A stretch of DNA of 64,000 bases. Origin: an uncultured delta proteobacterium. Lineage in GTDB: Bacteria; Myxococcota_A; UBA9160; UBA4427. A model generated the notes under the pieces. The model saw only the letters and a list, made by a program, of their open reading frames with translations, was not told the origin of the DNA and searched no databases. Numbering within the stretch: the stretch's first letter is position 1; the number at the start of each line of letters is the position of its first letter. The DNA is taken from assembly GCA_963822965.1 (NCBI GenBank), contig CAWGJT010000006.1, positions 160,001-224,000 on the forward strand, given 5' to 3'. The translations under genes were made by a program, and so were the position numbers. This document shows positions 11,116-22,700 of the stretch, one piece after another.

Positions 11116-12042
11116 ATGACCTCGCACGAATCGCGTTGGGCGCGGATCAAGCCGCGCGCGACCAGCATCGACGGCGATCGGGTCGCCTACCGAGCCGCCG
11201 GCAAGGGGCCGGTGCTGCTGCTCGTGCACGGCATGGCCGGTAGCTCCGAGACGTGGAGGTACGTCATGCCCGCGCTGGCCGAGCGGTTCACGGTCCTGGC
11301 CCCCGATCTGCTCGGTCAGGGGCTGTCCGACAAACCCCGCGGCGACTACTCGCTCGGCGCCCATGCCAACACGCTGCGCGACCTCATGGACGCGCTCGAG
11401 CACGAGCGGGCCAGCGTCATCGGCCAGTCGCTCGGGGGCGGGGTAGCCATGCAGTTTGCCTATCAGTTTCCGGAGCGCTGCGAGCGCCTGGCCCTGGTGG
11501 ACAGCGGGGGGCTGGGCCGGGAGGTCACGTTCTACCTCCGAATGCTGACCGTCCCCGGATTCGAGTCGGCGTTTCCGCTCTTCTGCTCGCCGCGGCTGCG
11601 AGACGCCGGGAGCCGTGTCGCCTCATGGCTCGGCGGCGTGGGCGTGCGGTCCACGCCCGCCCGCCAGGAGATCTGGCGGAGCTACGCGTCGCTGGCGGAC
11701 GCGGAGAACCGCCGCGCATTCTTTCGCAGCCTGCACGAGGTGATCGACTTCAGTGGGCAGGCGGTGAGCGCCCTGAGCCGGCTGTGGCGGGCGGCGCAGC
11801 TGCCGACCTTGATCGTGTGGGGGGACCGAGACCCGTTCATTCCGGTGAGCCACGCCGTCGCGGCGCACGAGGCCATCCCCGGAAGCCGGCTCGAAATCTT
11901 CGAGGGGGTGGGTCATTACCCGCACTGTGAGGCCCCCGAGCGCTTCGTCGAGGTGCTCGTCGACTTCATCGCCTCTACGGAGCCCGCCCGACTGCCCCCG
12001 CATTCGCCCCCACCTCTGGACGCAGCAGCCGCGCCGGATTAG
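11116..12042 (+). CDS. alpha/beta fold hydrolase
   Basis: LLVHGMAG oxyanion motif, GQSLGG nucleophile elbow, WGDRDPFIP, GHYPH. Confidence 0.92.
   Translation: MTSHESRWARIKPRATSIDGDRVAYRAAGKGPVLLLVHGMAGSSETWRYVMPALAERFTVLAPDLLGQGLSDKPRGDYSLGAHANTLRDLMDALEHERASVIGQSLGGGVAMQFAYQFPERCERLALVDSGGLGREVTFYLRMLTVPGFESAFPLFCSPRLRDAGSRVASWLGGVGVRSTPARQEIWRSYASLADAENRRAFFRSLHEVIDFSGQAVSALSRLWRAAQLPTLIVWGDRDPFIPVSHAVAAHEAIPGSRLEIFEGVGHYPHCEAPERFVEVLVDFIASTEPARLPPHSPPPLDAAAAPD
11117..11161 (+). repeat. 45-bp inverted repeat, left copy (first 15 codons of the hydrolase)
   Basis: 41/45 identical to the reverse complement of 12217-12261. Confidence 0.9.
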
Positions 12043-12216
12043 ACGACCCTCCCATTGGAAGTGATGAGATCCACAATCTTCTTGGGGCCAGCGCGGATCG
12101 GGCGTTCAAGCTGCGCGTTGGCTCGAAGCCCGAGTACGGACCCTTCCCGCTCATGCGAGGGATCGGCCATGACCGCTCGGCCGCAAGCAACGGGTGGCGC
12201 GAGCGCCAGCTTCGGA

Positions 12217-12261
12217 TCGCGCGCGGCTTCATCCGCGCCCGTCGCGATTCGTCCGAGGTCA
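12217..12261 (-). repeat. 45-bp inverted repeat, right copy
   Basis: Reverse complement TGACCTCGGACGAATCGCGACGGGCGCGGATGAAGCCGCGCGCGA versus left TGACCTCGCACGAATCGCGTTGGGCGCGGATCAAGCCGCGCGCGA. Confidence 0.9.
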
Positions 12262-12465
12262 CCACGTCACGCTCCGGGTTTGGGCGTCTTCGAAAGCCCC
12301 TACGCGGACCGTCGGCGGGGCCGGCGCGGCGGGTTCCCTTGCCGACTATGCGGAGGTCGTGGCCGTTCCTTCCTGGGCGTCCGGACCGCCGGGCGTGCTT
12401 ACGCTCCCCCGACGGCCGCGCAGCGTCTACCCTAGGGCTCAGGCTACCACGGAGCGCGGGTCACC

Positions 12466-13974
12466 TTGCAGCGATCGGCATACCACCATCGACCAGTTCC
12501 GCGGGCAGTGTTGATCGGTTCTCTGTGCAGCATGCTCACCTGGGCGGTCATGGCGCAGGTGCCAGAAGAAGGAGCCGGCGAACTCCAGAGATCACCCGTC
12601 CCCGGCAAGGCAGAACTCTCGGCAGCACCCGAGAAGGTGGAGGTCAAGCCGGTCGCGCGCGATGAGGAGATCCGCAAGCGTCTCCAGAGCGTCCTGGATG
12701 CCACCGACTGGTTCCTCGACCCACAGGTCCGGGTCGAGGAAGGCGTCGTCTTCCTGAACGGTCGCGTAGAATCCGATGAGCTCAAGAAATGGGCTGGCGA
12801 TTTGGCGCGCAACACACAGGCCGTCGTCGCCGTGGCCAATCGGATGGAGGTTGCGGAGCCGTCGGCATGGGATCTGCGTCCGGCGTGGATTGCACTCTCG
12901 GTCCTATGGCGCGAGCTCATCCGCGCGCTTCCCTTCTTCGCCTTCGGGCTGCTCATCCTGGCTCTATCGGTTTCAGCCGGCATGCTGGCCACGCGAGGCG
13001 CGCTGGCGTTTCTTCACCGACGGATTCGAGCGAAGCTCCTGCGAAGTGTGATCGCCCGTAGCGCGGGGGGGCTCGTCTTCCTCTCCGGCGTCTACATCAT
13101 TCTGAGAGTCTCGGGCCTCACGCAACTTGCGTTGACGATGGTCGGCGGCACCGGCCTGATCGGCCTTGTCGTGGGCATCGCATTCCGGGACATCACCGAG
13201 AACTTCCTGGCAAGCGTATTCCTCAGCATGCAGCGGCCGTTCGAGACGGGCGACCTGCTCGAGGTATCGGGCGTGACGGGGTACGTGCAGCAATTGAACA
13301 TGCGCACGACGATCTTGATGACCCTCGATGGCAACCTCGTGCAGATCCCAAACGCCAACGTCTACAAGAGCAACCTCCGAAACTTCACAGCCAACGCCAA
13401 CCGGAGAGAGGACTTCGTCGTCGGCATCGGCTACGACGACTCGATCAACGATGCCCAAGAGATCGCGCGGCGAGTGCTAGCGGATCATCCCGCGGTCCTG
13501 AACGACCCCGAGCCGTCGGTGTTGGTGGATAGTCTGGGAAGCTCGACCGTAAACCTGCGCCTCTACTTCTGGCTCGACGGCCACGAGTACAGCTGGTTGA
13601 AGGTGCGATCTTCGATGATCCGACTGGTGAAGCTTGCCTTCCAGGAACATGGCATCTCGATGCCCGACGACGCTCGAGAGATCGTCTTCCCGCGCGGCGT
13701 TCCCGTCACCAGGCGCGACGAGAAAGTGAGAGGGGCGCCCGCTGCCGAGCCGGGGAAACCGCTCGCTGCCGAATTGCCGCACGAAGGGCTCGCCGCGGTG
13801 TCCACGAAAGCGGAGGCCGGTTTGTACAGCGAAGCCGGCGTCATCGAGCAACAGGCACGGAAGGTACAACCGTTGAAGGACGCGGAGAATCTCTTGGAGG
13901 GTGCCGTCGGCACTGCTTCTGATGGAGAAGAGGCGCAACGATCCAAGGAAGAACGGGGTCGCAACGGAAAGTGA
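12466..13974 (+). CDS. BON-domain + MscS small-conductance mechanosensitive channel
   Basis: BON-like VRVEEGVVFLNG; GIAFRDITENFLAS..QRPFETGD, VQIPNA, RREDFVVGIGYDD; true start may be 12508-12532. Confidence 0.9.
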   Translation: MQRSAYHHRPVPRAVLIGSLCSMLTWAVMAQVPEEGAGELQRSPVPGKAELSAAPEKVEVKPVARDEEIRKRLQSVLDATDWFLDPQVRVEEGVVFLNGRVESDELKKWAGDLARNTQAVVAVANRMEVAEPSAWDLRPAWIALSVLWRELIRALPFFAFGLLILALSVSAGMLATRGALAFLHRRIRAKLLRSVIARSAGGLVFLSGVYIILRVSGLTQLALTMVGGTGLIGLVVGIAFRDITENFLASVFLSMQRPFETGDLLEVSGVTGYVQQLNMRTTILMTLDGNLVQIPNANVYKSNLRNFTANANRREDFVVGIGYDDSINDAQEIARRVLADHPAVLNDPEPSVLVDSLGSSTVNLRLYFWLDGHEYSWLKVRSSMIRLVKLAFQEHGISMPDDAREIVFPRGVPVTRRDEKVRGAPAAEPGKPLAAELPHEGLAAVSTKAEAGLYSEAGVIEQQARKVQPLKDAENLLEGAVGTASDGEEAQRSKEERGRNGK

Positions 13975-14047
13975 AGGCGAACAGTCGCCCGTGGCAACGC
14001 TATCGTCGACCCCGTTGTCGCGGTCCTCGCGCTGTGCATGCCGCGGC

Positions 14048-15259
14048 TCAACGGTGGCGCGTCTTCTTCCGGCTCGTCGCCTTCTTCGCCTGGGCGCGGC
14101 CTGCCGCCCGCCGGCGCTTCGGCTGGCTCGCCGCGTCGGGCACCAGGAACTGCGCCACGTCGGCCCAGAGCGCCTCGAACCGCCGGCGGTCGAAGTCGCT
14201 CCCGGATACGAGCCAGTCGACGTGGGGAGGATCGTGCTCCGCGTCCCGAAAGTGGCCGAGGACGTCGAGGTGGTCGGCCACGGCGGCGTGGACGACGTGC
14301 CCCCAGGCCTGGGAGAGCGTCGGTACGATGCCGTCATTGGCGGCCGGGGACGGCATCGCCCCGTAGGCGCGCCGCAGGACGCGTGCCTGGGCGGGGGCGA
14401 GCTGCGGCGAGACGCGCACCGGCGCCGCCTCGATCAGCCGGTAGAGCCCGCTGTAGAGGGCGTGCGTCACCTGCGCCGCCGGATCGATCCCCGCGTGAAG
14501 CGTCGCGCCAAGGCTCGGGGGTGCCGCCTGCCCGACCACCGCGCCGTAGCGGAGGCCGGGACGCTGCAGCACCGAGGCATTGAAGACCTCCATCGCCTCG
14601 GGCGTCAGCTGGAGCATCAGCGCCTGGTCGCGGACCACGTCGCGCAACAGCTTCCGCACGGCCCGGCGGCGAGCCGGCGTGAAGTCCTCGAGGAGCTTTG
14701 CGAAGAGCTCGTCGAGGAGCTCACTGCCCGCGACCAGACCTCCGAATCGCACGAAGAAGCTCCCCATCCACAGCAGTGCGGCGAGCGGCAGGTGGCCGAA
14801 GTGGAGCACATAGATGGTGCTGAGCGAGAGAAGCTCCATCAGCCGCTGGCCTTGCACCGTCGTGAAGAACGATGCGATCGGCGTCCCGTGGTGAGGTGTC
14901 GAGACCGTGACGACCGTCCGCACGCGGGCCGCCAGCCGCTCCACGTCGAGCGCCGAGGGCAGCGCCACCCCCGGAGCGGCGAGCAGACGCACGTCGAGGC
15001 CGCCGCTCGAGTGGCCGATCAGATGCAGCGGAGCGGCGCCGCGCGAGGCCGTCGCGTGCATCACCTCGAGCACCCGTGCGGCACGATCCGGCAGCGACGC
15101 CGTGGGAGACGTCCTCACGATGTGGACGCGGGGCTCGAGCCCCGCCGCGGTGAGACGCTCCGTGAGGAACCGCCTGACGTGCCCGAAGTACGTGAGCTTC
15201 CCGAGGTGTCCAAATCCAAGGAAGCCCGGGACCAGGTAGATGTGGTGAGTGGGGCCCAT
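14048..15259 (-). CDS. triacylglycerol lipase-like alpha/beta hydrolase
   Basis: YLVPGFLGF, LIGHSSGGLD (GxSxG), STPHHGTP, NDGIVPT, DHLDVLGHF. Confidence 0.85.
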   Translation of the reverse strand: MGPTHHIYLVPGFLGFGHLGKLTYFGHVRRFLTERLTAAGLEPRVHIVRTSPTASLPDRAARVLEVMHATASRGAAPLHLIGHSSGGLDVRLLAAPGVALPSALDVERLAARVRTVVTVSTPHHGTPIASFFTTVQGQRLMELLSLSTIYVLHFGHLPLAALLWMGSFFVRFGGLVAGSELLDELFAKLLEDFTPARRRAVRKLLRDVVRDQALMLQLTPEAMEVFNASVLQRPGLRYGAVVGQAAPPSLGATLHAGIDPAAQVTHALYSGLYRLIEAAPVRVSPQLAPAQARVLRRAYGAMPSPAANDGIVPTLSQAWGHVVHAAVADHLDVLGHFRDAEHDPPHVDWLVSGSDFDRRRFEALWADVAQFLVPDAASQPKRRRAAGRAQAKKATSRKKTRHR

Positions 15260-15594
15260 CGATAGACAGGGTACCGCGTATTCATCGCCGCACCGCTAGC
15301 CTCCAGGGCAAGGCGGTGGTACGGCGGTTTCCTCGCGCGAGTCGTCGCGAGCTGTCGCGAAGCCGAAGGTCGCGATAGCGCCTCCTGCTCTCGGAGGCTC
15401 CAGAGGCGCCGGTGCGTGCGGAGAAGCGAGTGAAGAGCACTCGTTGATCCTCTACGGCACGCCTGCTCGGTTCGCGATCACATCGCCAACTGTCCCAGCA
15501 ACTTCGCGCGCGACGATGGCGAGGCTACGATTGCTGCATTCTGAACCATTCAGATCCATCCGCGTAACGCCAGCAGCGTAGGAGCCCCTCATCG

Positions 15595-16617
15595 ATGGAA
15601 GCATGGACCTGGGCGGGAATCTCCCTCTGCCTGTTGCATTCTGCCATGTTCTCGGGGTTGAACCTGGCGCTGATGGGTCTGGGGCGGCTTCGGCTAGAAG
15701 CCGAGGCCCTTGGTGGAAGCCCCGCAGCGGCGAAGGTCCTGGCGCTGCGCCAGGACGCGAACTTCCTCCTCACGACCCTTCTCTGGGGCAACGTCGGCGT
15801 GAACGTGCTCCTCACCCTGCTCTCGGATTCAGCCATGGCGGGCGTGGCGGCCTTCTTCTTCTCGACCTTCGGGATCACCATCGTGGGAGAGATCGCTCCG
15901 CAGGCCTACTTCTCGCGGAATGCCCTGCGGACCGGCGCATTCTTCGCCCCGGTCGTCCGCTTCTACCAGCTGCTCCTCTACCCGATCGCGAAGCCCGCCG
16001 CCCTGGTCCTGGATCGCTGGCTGGGCCCCGAGGCGATCTTGTACTTCCGCGAGCGCGATCTGCGCGAGCTGATCGAGCTCCATGCAGTGGCGGCCGATTC
16101 TGATGTCGGGCGCCTGGAGGCTCAAGGGGCGCTGAACTTCCTGGACCTCGACGACCTCCCCATCGCACAAGAAGGAGAACCGATCCATCCGAAGAGCATC
16201 GTTCCCTCGGAGAGGGCGAACACGCTGCCACGTTTCGAGGCGACCCCCAACGATGGTTTCCTCCGCGATCTCCAGGCCTCCGGGGAGAAGTGGATCGTCC
16301 TCGTCGATCGCAGCGGCGAGCCCGGTCTCGTGATCGACGCCGATGGTTTCCTGCGAGGCGCGCTCCTGGAGGGAGCCGCCTTCAGTCCGGCGCGCCACTG
16401 CCACCGACCGCTCGTCGTACGCGATCCCGCGACGCGCCTGGGTCAGCTTTTGCACCGGTTCCGCGTCGAGCCGTGCACCTCCGAGGATGACGTCATCGAC
16501 CGGGACGTGATCCTCCTCTGGGCACCCTCCGAGAAGCGGGTGCTGACCGGGGCGGACATCCTCGGGCGGCTGCTCCGGGGAATCGCCACGCGGGGGCCGG
16601 TCACCGCCCCGCAATAG
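15595..16617 (+). CDS. CNNM/DUF21 transmembrane protein
   Basis: SAMFSGLNLA, LLTTLLWGNVGVN, GEIAPQAYFSRNAL. Confidence 0.88.
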   Translation: MEAWTWAGISLCLLHSAMFSGLNLALMGLGRLRLEAEALGGSPAAAKVLALRQDANFLLTTLLWGNVGVNVLLTLLSDSAMAGVAAFFFSTFGITIVGEIAPQAYFSRNALRTGAFFAPVVRFYQLLLYPIAKPAALVLDRWLGPEAILYFRERDLRELIELHAVAADSDVGRLEAQGALNFLDLDDLPIAQEGEPIHPKSIVPSERANTLPRFEATPNDGFLRDLQASGEKWIVLVDRSGEPGLVIDADGFLRGALLEGAAFSPARHCHRPLVVRDPATRLGQLLHRFRVEPCTSEDDVIDRDVILLWAPSEKRVLTGADILGRLLRGIATRGPVTAPQ

Positions 16618-16710
16618 CGCGGGGGAGCAGTCGCCAGCCGTTTCCGGGCTGCCCGCCGCTCTGGAGGCCGACCCGGGCTCAGCCGCTCCGCCCTTGCGCT
16701 CTCGTGCTCT

Positions 16711-19700
16711 TCATCGCTTGACCGCCCCAGAAGAGCCGTCCACGGGCGACCGCAGGCGAACCGTGACCCGACGCGTCGCCCCGTTCGAGGGAAGCTCCAC
16801 TCGGTTGCCCTCGATCCGAGAGCCTTCGATGAGAATCTCGACGGCGTCCCCACCCGAGCTCGGCGTGTTGTCGACCACAATCTCGAGAACGCCGCCTTCG
16901 GTGCGAAGCGTCGCCTCGAATCCGGACCAGTGCCGCGGAATGCGAGGCTCGATCCGGAGAGCCTCTCCCTCCCGGTGAAGTCCCAGAATCGCCTCCACCC
17001 CGAGTCGCCAGCACCACGCAGCCGAGCCCGTGTACCAGCTCCATCCGCCGCGACCCACGTGCGGCTCGACGCTCCCGATGTCCGCCGTCAGGGCGTAGGG
17101 CTCGATCCGATAACGCGCGATCGCTTCTGCACTCTGCGCGCGCTCGATCGGGTTGAGCATGCGGAACACCCGGGTCGCGCGGTCGCCGTCTCCCGTCTCG
17201 GCAAATGCCCACGCCAGCCAGGCCGCAGCATGGCTGTACTGGCCTCCGTTCTCACGGATGCCGGGGGGATAGGCCTTGATGTAGCCGGGATCGCGCGCCG
17301 TGAGGTCGAAGGGAGGCCACAGCAGGCACGCGAGCTCGTCGTCCTCGCGAATCAACGCCGCCTCGGCCGAACGGAGGGCCCGCTCCGCTCGCTCGCGGGG
17401 TGCACCGCCCGAGAGCACGGCCCACGACTGGGCGATCGAGTCGATCCGACACTCATCGGATGACGCGGACCCCCAAGGTGTCCCCTCGTCGTCGAATGCG
17501 CGGCGGTACCACTCCCCGTCCCACCCTTCGGCGCGCGCCGCGCGGAAGAGCTCCTCCGCGCGCTCGCGCCACGCCTTTGCGGCGTCGATCTCGCCGCGAC
17601 GCTCGCACAGATCTCCAAACCCATTCGCCGCGGTCCCGGCGAACCACGCCAGCCAGACGCTCTCTCCGCGGCCCTCCGACCCCACGCGGTTCATGCCGTC
17701 GTTCCAATCGCCGTCCCCGATGAGAGGCAGGCCATGGGAGCCGCGCGTGAGGCCGCGCTCGAGCGCACGGCGGCAATGCTCGAACAGGGAAGCGCGCACG
17801 TTCCCATGCTCGAAGAGGTCGTAGCGATCGTGCTCATCCGCGCCCAGCGGCGGCGCGGAGAGAAAGGGGACGTCCTCGTCGAGCACGCCCAGGTCTTCCG
17901 TCGCCTCGACGTAGCGCGCCGTCACGTAGGGGAGCCAGAGGAGATCGTCCGAGCAGCGCGTCCGGATACCGCGACCGAGCGGTGGATGCCACCAGTGGAG
18001 CACGTCGCCTTCTTCGAACTGGCGGCTCGCACACTCGAGGATGTGCGCTCTCGTCCGGGCCGGGTCGCAGTGCAAGAGGGCGAGGACGTCCTGGAGCTGG
18101 TCGCGGAATCCGAAGGCGCCGCTCGACTGGTAGAAGCCGGTGCGCGCGAGGATCCGAGAAGAGAGCGCCTGATAGAGGGCCCAGCGGTTGATCAGCAGGT
18201 CCATCGCGAGCTCGGGGGTCTTGATGGTGACGGCCGACAGCAGCGAGTCCCAGTGGGCCGCGAGCTTCTGCGAGGCTTCGGCGACGGTGGGCGGCTCTCG
18301 CCATCGCTGCGCGAGCTGGGCGGCGTGGTCGCTGTCGCGCCCCGCCCCGAGAACGAAGTGGGTGCGGACCTCCTCACCCGGTGCGATGTCCAGGTGGACC
18401 TGGAGGACCGCGCAGGGATCCAGGCCGGCGCCGACGCGACCGCTCAGACCGACGCGACCAAGCGCCGCAGGGGCCCGGGGGTCGCCTTCGCGCCCGAGAA
18501 ACTCGGAGCGGTCCGCCGTCAGACCGTGGGGTTCCCGGTCGGCGGTCAGAAAGGCGACCGGGTCGGCGAAGTCGGAGTTCCAGCGGTTCCGTGCGCACAG
18601 GGATCGTGTCGGAGCGTCGTAGCTCACGACGATGCGAGAGACGCCCTCTTCGGGGACGCGACCCAGCAGCCAGCGTGCGTAGTAGGTGGCCGTGATCCTC
18701 CGGGGTCGGTCCGTGTGGTTGTGCACGCGCAGCTCGACGATCTTGACGGGATCGTCTGTCGGGACAAAGACTCGGACACGACACGAGAGGCCCCTGCCAT
18801 GCTGCCTCCATTCGGAGTAACCCGCGCCGTGGCGTACCTGACAGGGAAGCTGCGAGCCCGCGGGCCCGGGCGTCGGGCTCCAGACAAGGGCGGTCTCCTC
18901 GTCCCGCAGGTAGAGCGACTCTCCGGCGGGATCGAGCACGGGATCGTTCGTCCAGGGGGTCAGCCGGAACTCTCCGCTGTTGCCGGACCAGGTGTAGCCC
19001 CCGCCGGCCTCGGTCACGAGGCAGCCGAAATCGTCGTTGGCCAGCACATTGCACCACGGAGCGGGGGTCGTCTGGCCGGGGCCGAGGTGAATCACGTACT
19101 CGCGACCGTCCGGAGAGAAGCCCCCGAGGCCGTTGTCGAAGAGAAGGTCGGTGGGACGCTCCAGGGCGGGAGTGGGATCGAGCTCCGCAGCGGCCCGGGT
19201 CGGATCCAAGTGAGGCAGCGGGCGAGACGCGAGCGCGCGGGCGGCGAGCTGCTCGCGCAGCGGCCCTTTCTCCGTGTCGAGGACAGCGCCAGCCGACACT
19301 TCGAGGAGTAGTCGCTGCTCCTCGGAGATCTGATCAGCGCGGACCAGGTGGATCCCTGCCGGTCGGCCCAGCCACTCGGCGGCACCCTGCTCTTCGAGGA
19401 GGCGGTGCACATCTTCCCACGCGTCGTCGAGGTAGCCCGTCGCAGTGCGTGACAGCAGCACCAGATCGACCGCCATCCCCCCCTTTCTCCAGAGCTGGTG
19501 CGCGCGGACCAGGTCGGCGAGGACCGTCCCCCCTGGCCACCGCTCGTCGTCTCGACCAGCAGCAGGGGCTGGTCTCCCGAGATGCCGAGCCCCCAGAGGC
19601 TCCGCTGTCCCAGCGAGTTGGCAGACATCTGCTCCGATGTCGCCCGAAGCTCGGCGCGCGGGGCCAGTAGCGAGGAGAGCAGTGCCTGCAGCTCGGGCAG

Positions 19701-22700
19701 CCGCGCGGCCGAAAGACCCAGGCGTGCCGCCTCGCGCCCGGCTTCGGCGTGCGCATCCGACAGGAGCCATTCGAAAGAGGTGAGCGTCTCGTACCGCGCC
19801 GCCGTCTCGTCGACGGACTGACGCGACTGCCCCGCGATCGTCACGAATGCGAGCTGCTCAATGGCGTGCGGCGCCAGACTCACCTCCGCACAGACCGACA
19901 TGATCGGAGTCGAGCGTGGCCCCCTGGCTGCCAGAAGGACCTTCCTCGAGGCCCCGGGGCCGGCGCATGCTCCCGTTGCGACCCAGGAAGCGCTCCCGAT
20001 CGGTCTCGAACCCCGCGAATGCCACCGACGCCGAATCCGCGACCAGCCGATGCATGACGACTGGGAAATGCTCGCTGGGGTCTCGGGGGCGACGCGTGAA
20101 GACCAGCGCATCGAGCGACGGGACGTGCCTTCCCTCCACGAACAGCTTGCTGAAGGCCGGATGCTGGGCGTCGTCCCGGGGCCGCGCGAGCACGACCTCG
20201 CCGTAGCTCGTGAACGAGAGCGATCGCGGTCGATCCGTCTCGTTCACCACCGTGATCCGTCGAACCTCGATGTCGTCGGCGGCGCTGATCGCAATGTCCG
20301 TCCGGATGGCGATCCCGTGCTGGCGTCGGTGCAGCTCCACCATGTGGGCGTGGAACACGACGTCGACTTCCGCTCCGTCGCCGCCCGTCGGCTGGCGCGC
20401 GACCGACCAGGTGGCTCCCGTCTCCCGATCCCGCACGTAGATCCAGAGGCCGGCGTCGTCGAGGGTTCCATCGGGCAGACAGCGAGTGAGTGCGTGCTCG
20501 CGCCAGCGAAGCGCCCCCCCGCCGGCCTCGGTCACCCGGGAAGCGAGTCGGCCATTCCCCAACAGGTGGACGCTCGGTCGGGCACCCGTCGGATCCGGTC
20601 GCCACGGAAACAGCGCGACCGGCTGCTCGCGTCGAGGTCGCTCGACCCGGGGCAGCGAGCTCCGCGGCTCCTCGATCGGGAACCGCCAGGGAACCCGCTC
20701 CTGGAGGAGGAGGCCCACCGCCTGCACGCGGGCGTTCGCCTCGAAGCGCCTCACCAGCGCGTCGCCGCACAGGAGGTTGTCGATGGCGGCGAGGATCATC
20801 CCCTGGTGGTGGGACATATGGGAGGCGACGATCGCATGGTCCCGCCCCTCCGGAAGTCGGCTGGGGGTGAAATCGATCGCCTCGTAGAAGCCGTAGCTTC
20901 CGAGCATTTCCAGGTCGCGAAGGCGCCTCAAGTTCTGGACCGCGGACGACGGAAATAGCGGGAGGGCGAGGGCGGTCGCGTAGGGAGCGATGACGCGATC
21001 CTCGTCGAGTCCGCGTTTGCGCCCGAGGCCCTGCACGCCGAACGCGCGGTAATGGTAGTTGTGGTTCGCATCGAAGGCCGCGAATCCCGATTCGGACACC
21101 CCCCACGGCAGACCGCGGCGTTGGCCGACCGCCTTCTGTTCCACGACGGCTGCCCGCTGGCTCTCGGCCAACAACGTACCCGGATAGCTCTGGACCAGGA
21201 GCGGGGGCATCAGGTACTCGAACATCGTGCCGCCCCAGGAGAGCAGCGCGACCGTACCCTCCGTCCGGGTCAGCGGGCGATCGAGCGAGAACCAGTGCGC
21301 GACAGGCACGTCTCCCTTCGCGATCGCAACGAGACTCGCCAGCCGCGCTTCCGAGGCGAGCAGGTCGTAGTGGTGCGAGTCCATCTGGTCGGCAGCCACG
21401 TTGTACCCGATGAAGAGGTGTCGCACCTTGGGGTCGTAGAGGAGGCCGAAGTCCATTCCGAAGGCCTCGCGTTCCGCCTGGGTCGCCAGATGCGCGAGAT
21501 CTCCCTCGAGCTGCTTCGCATTGCCGACCCCCGCCGTGACGGCCTTCTCGAGGTCGTCGAGCCACCTACCGATCCCCGGCTCCGCGTCGCCGTCTTCCCG
21601 CTCGCTGAAGAGCTGCTCGCGGGCCCTGGCGATCTCGGTCAAGACTTCTTCGCAGCGAAGCGCCAACATGCAAAGCGGAACCGACGGGGCGAGCAGATCG
21701 GCGAGCTCTGCGCGGGTGCGAATCAGTCCCGGCGCGCAAGGATGGCCTCTGGGCAGGCGGGGCGTCGCATCCAGCACCCCGAGCCAGGGAGCGAGGGATT
21801 CGATCTCGTGCTGCATGCCGCGAACGTGGTCGTGCACACGTGCCAGCCACAGCCGAACCTCGCGCAGCGCAGTCGGGTCGACCGACCCACGGCGATTCGC
21901 AACCGTGTCGAGCAGGATCCTCTCGAGCTCGGCGCACCGCGCCTCGAGCGACTGAATCGTGCGAACCCACGCGTCCGGCTTGTCTCGAACGTCGAGCGCA
22001 AGGTCGCGCATCGCCACGACGCGCTTCTCGATGTCAGCAAACTCCGAGGTGTCGCTCTCCCCGAGGAGCTCCGAGAGGTGGTCCTGCAGCAGAGCGATCG
22101 TGTCCGCAAGGCCCCGCCAGCGTTCGGAGCGCAGGCAAGGCTTGCCCGCCATGTCCACGCAGCCCGCTTCGATCGCAATCAACGCCGCCGCCAGATTCCC
22201 GCTGTCGACGGTCGAGACGTAGCGGGGCGGAAGCGGTTCGAGCGTGCGCGTGTGATACCAGTTGAACAGATGGCCGCGATAGTGCTCGAGGCGCGTGACC
22301 GTCCGCAGCGTGTTGCGCAGACGTACGGCGAGCTGCTCGAGGCCGAGGTACCCGAGATCGCTTGCCGCGAGCGTCGAAAGCAGGAGCATGCCGATGTTGG
22401 TGGGCGAGGTCCGGTGAGCGACCTCGCCACCCGGATCCGCCTGGTAGTTGTCGGGCGGGAGCCAGTGGCCATCGGGGCCGACGAAGGACTCGAAGAAGAG
22501 CCAGGTGCGGCGCGCGATCCCGCGGAGGAAAGCCACGTCTTCGGCGCCGAGGTGCTCGCGCAACGCGGGAGTAGGCCGGCTGATTCGCCGAGCGATCTCG
22601 GGCGACACGGCCCACAGAGCCAGGAGGGGAGCTGCGAACGGCAACGCACCGGGGCGCCAAAACAGCAGCGCGGCTGCCGTGGCAAACGCTGCGAGAGGCG

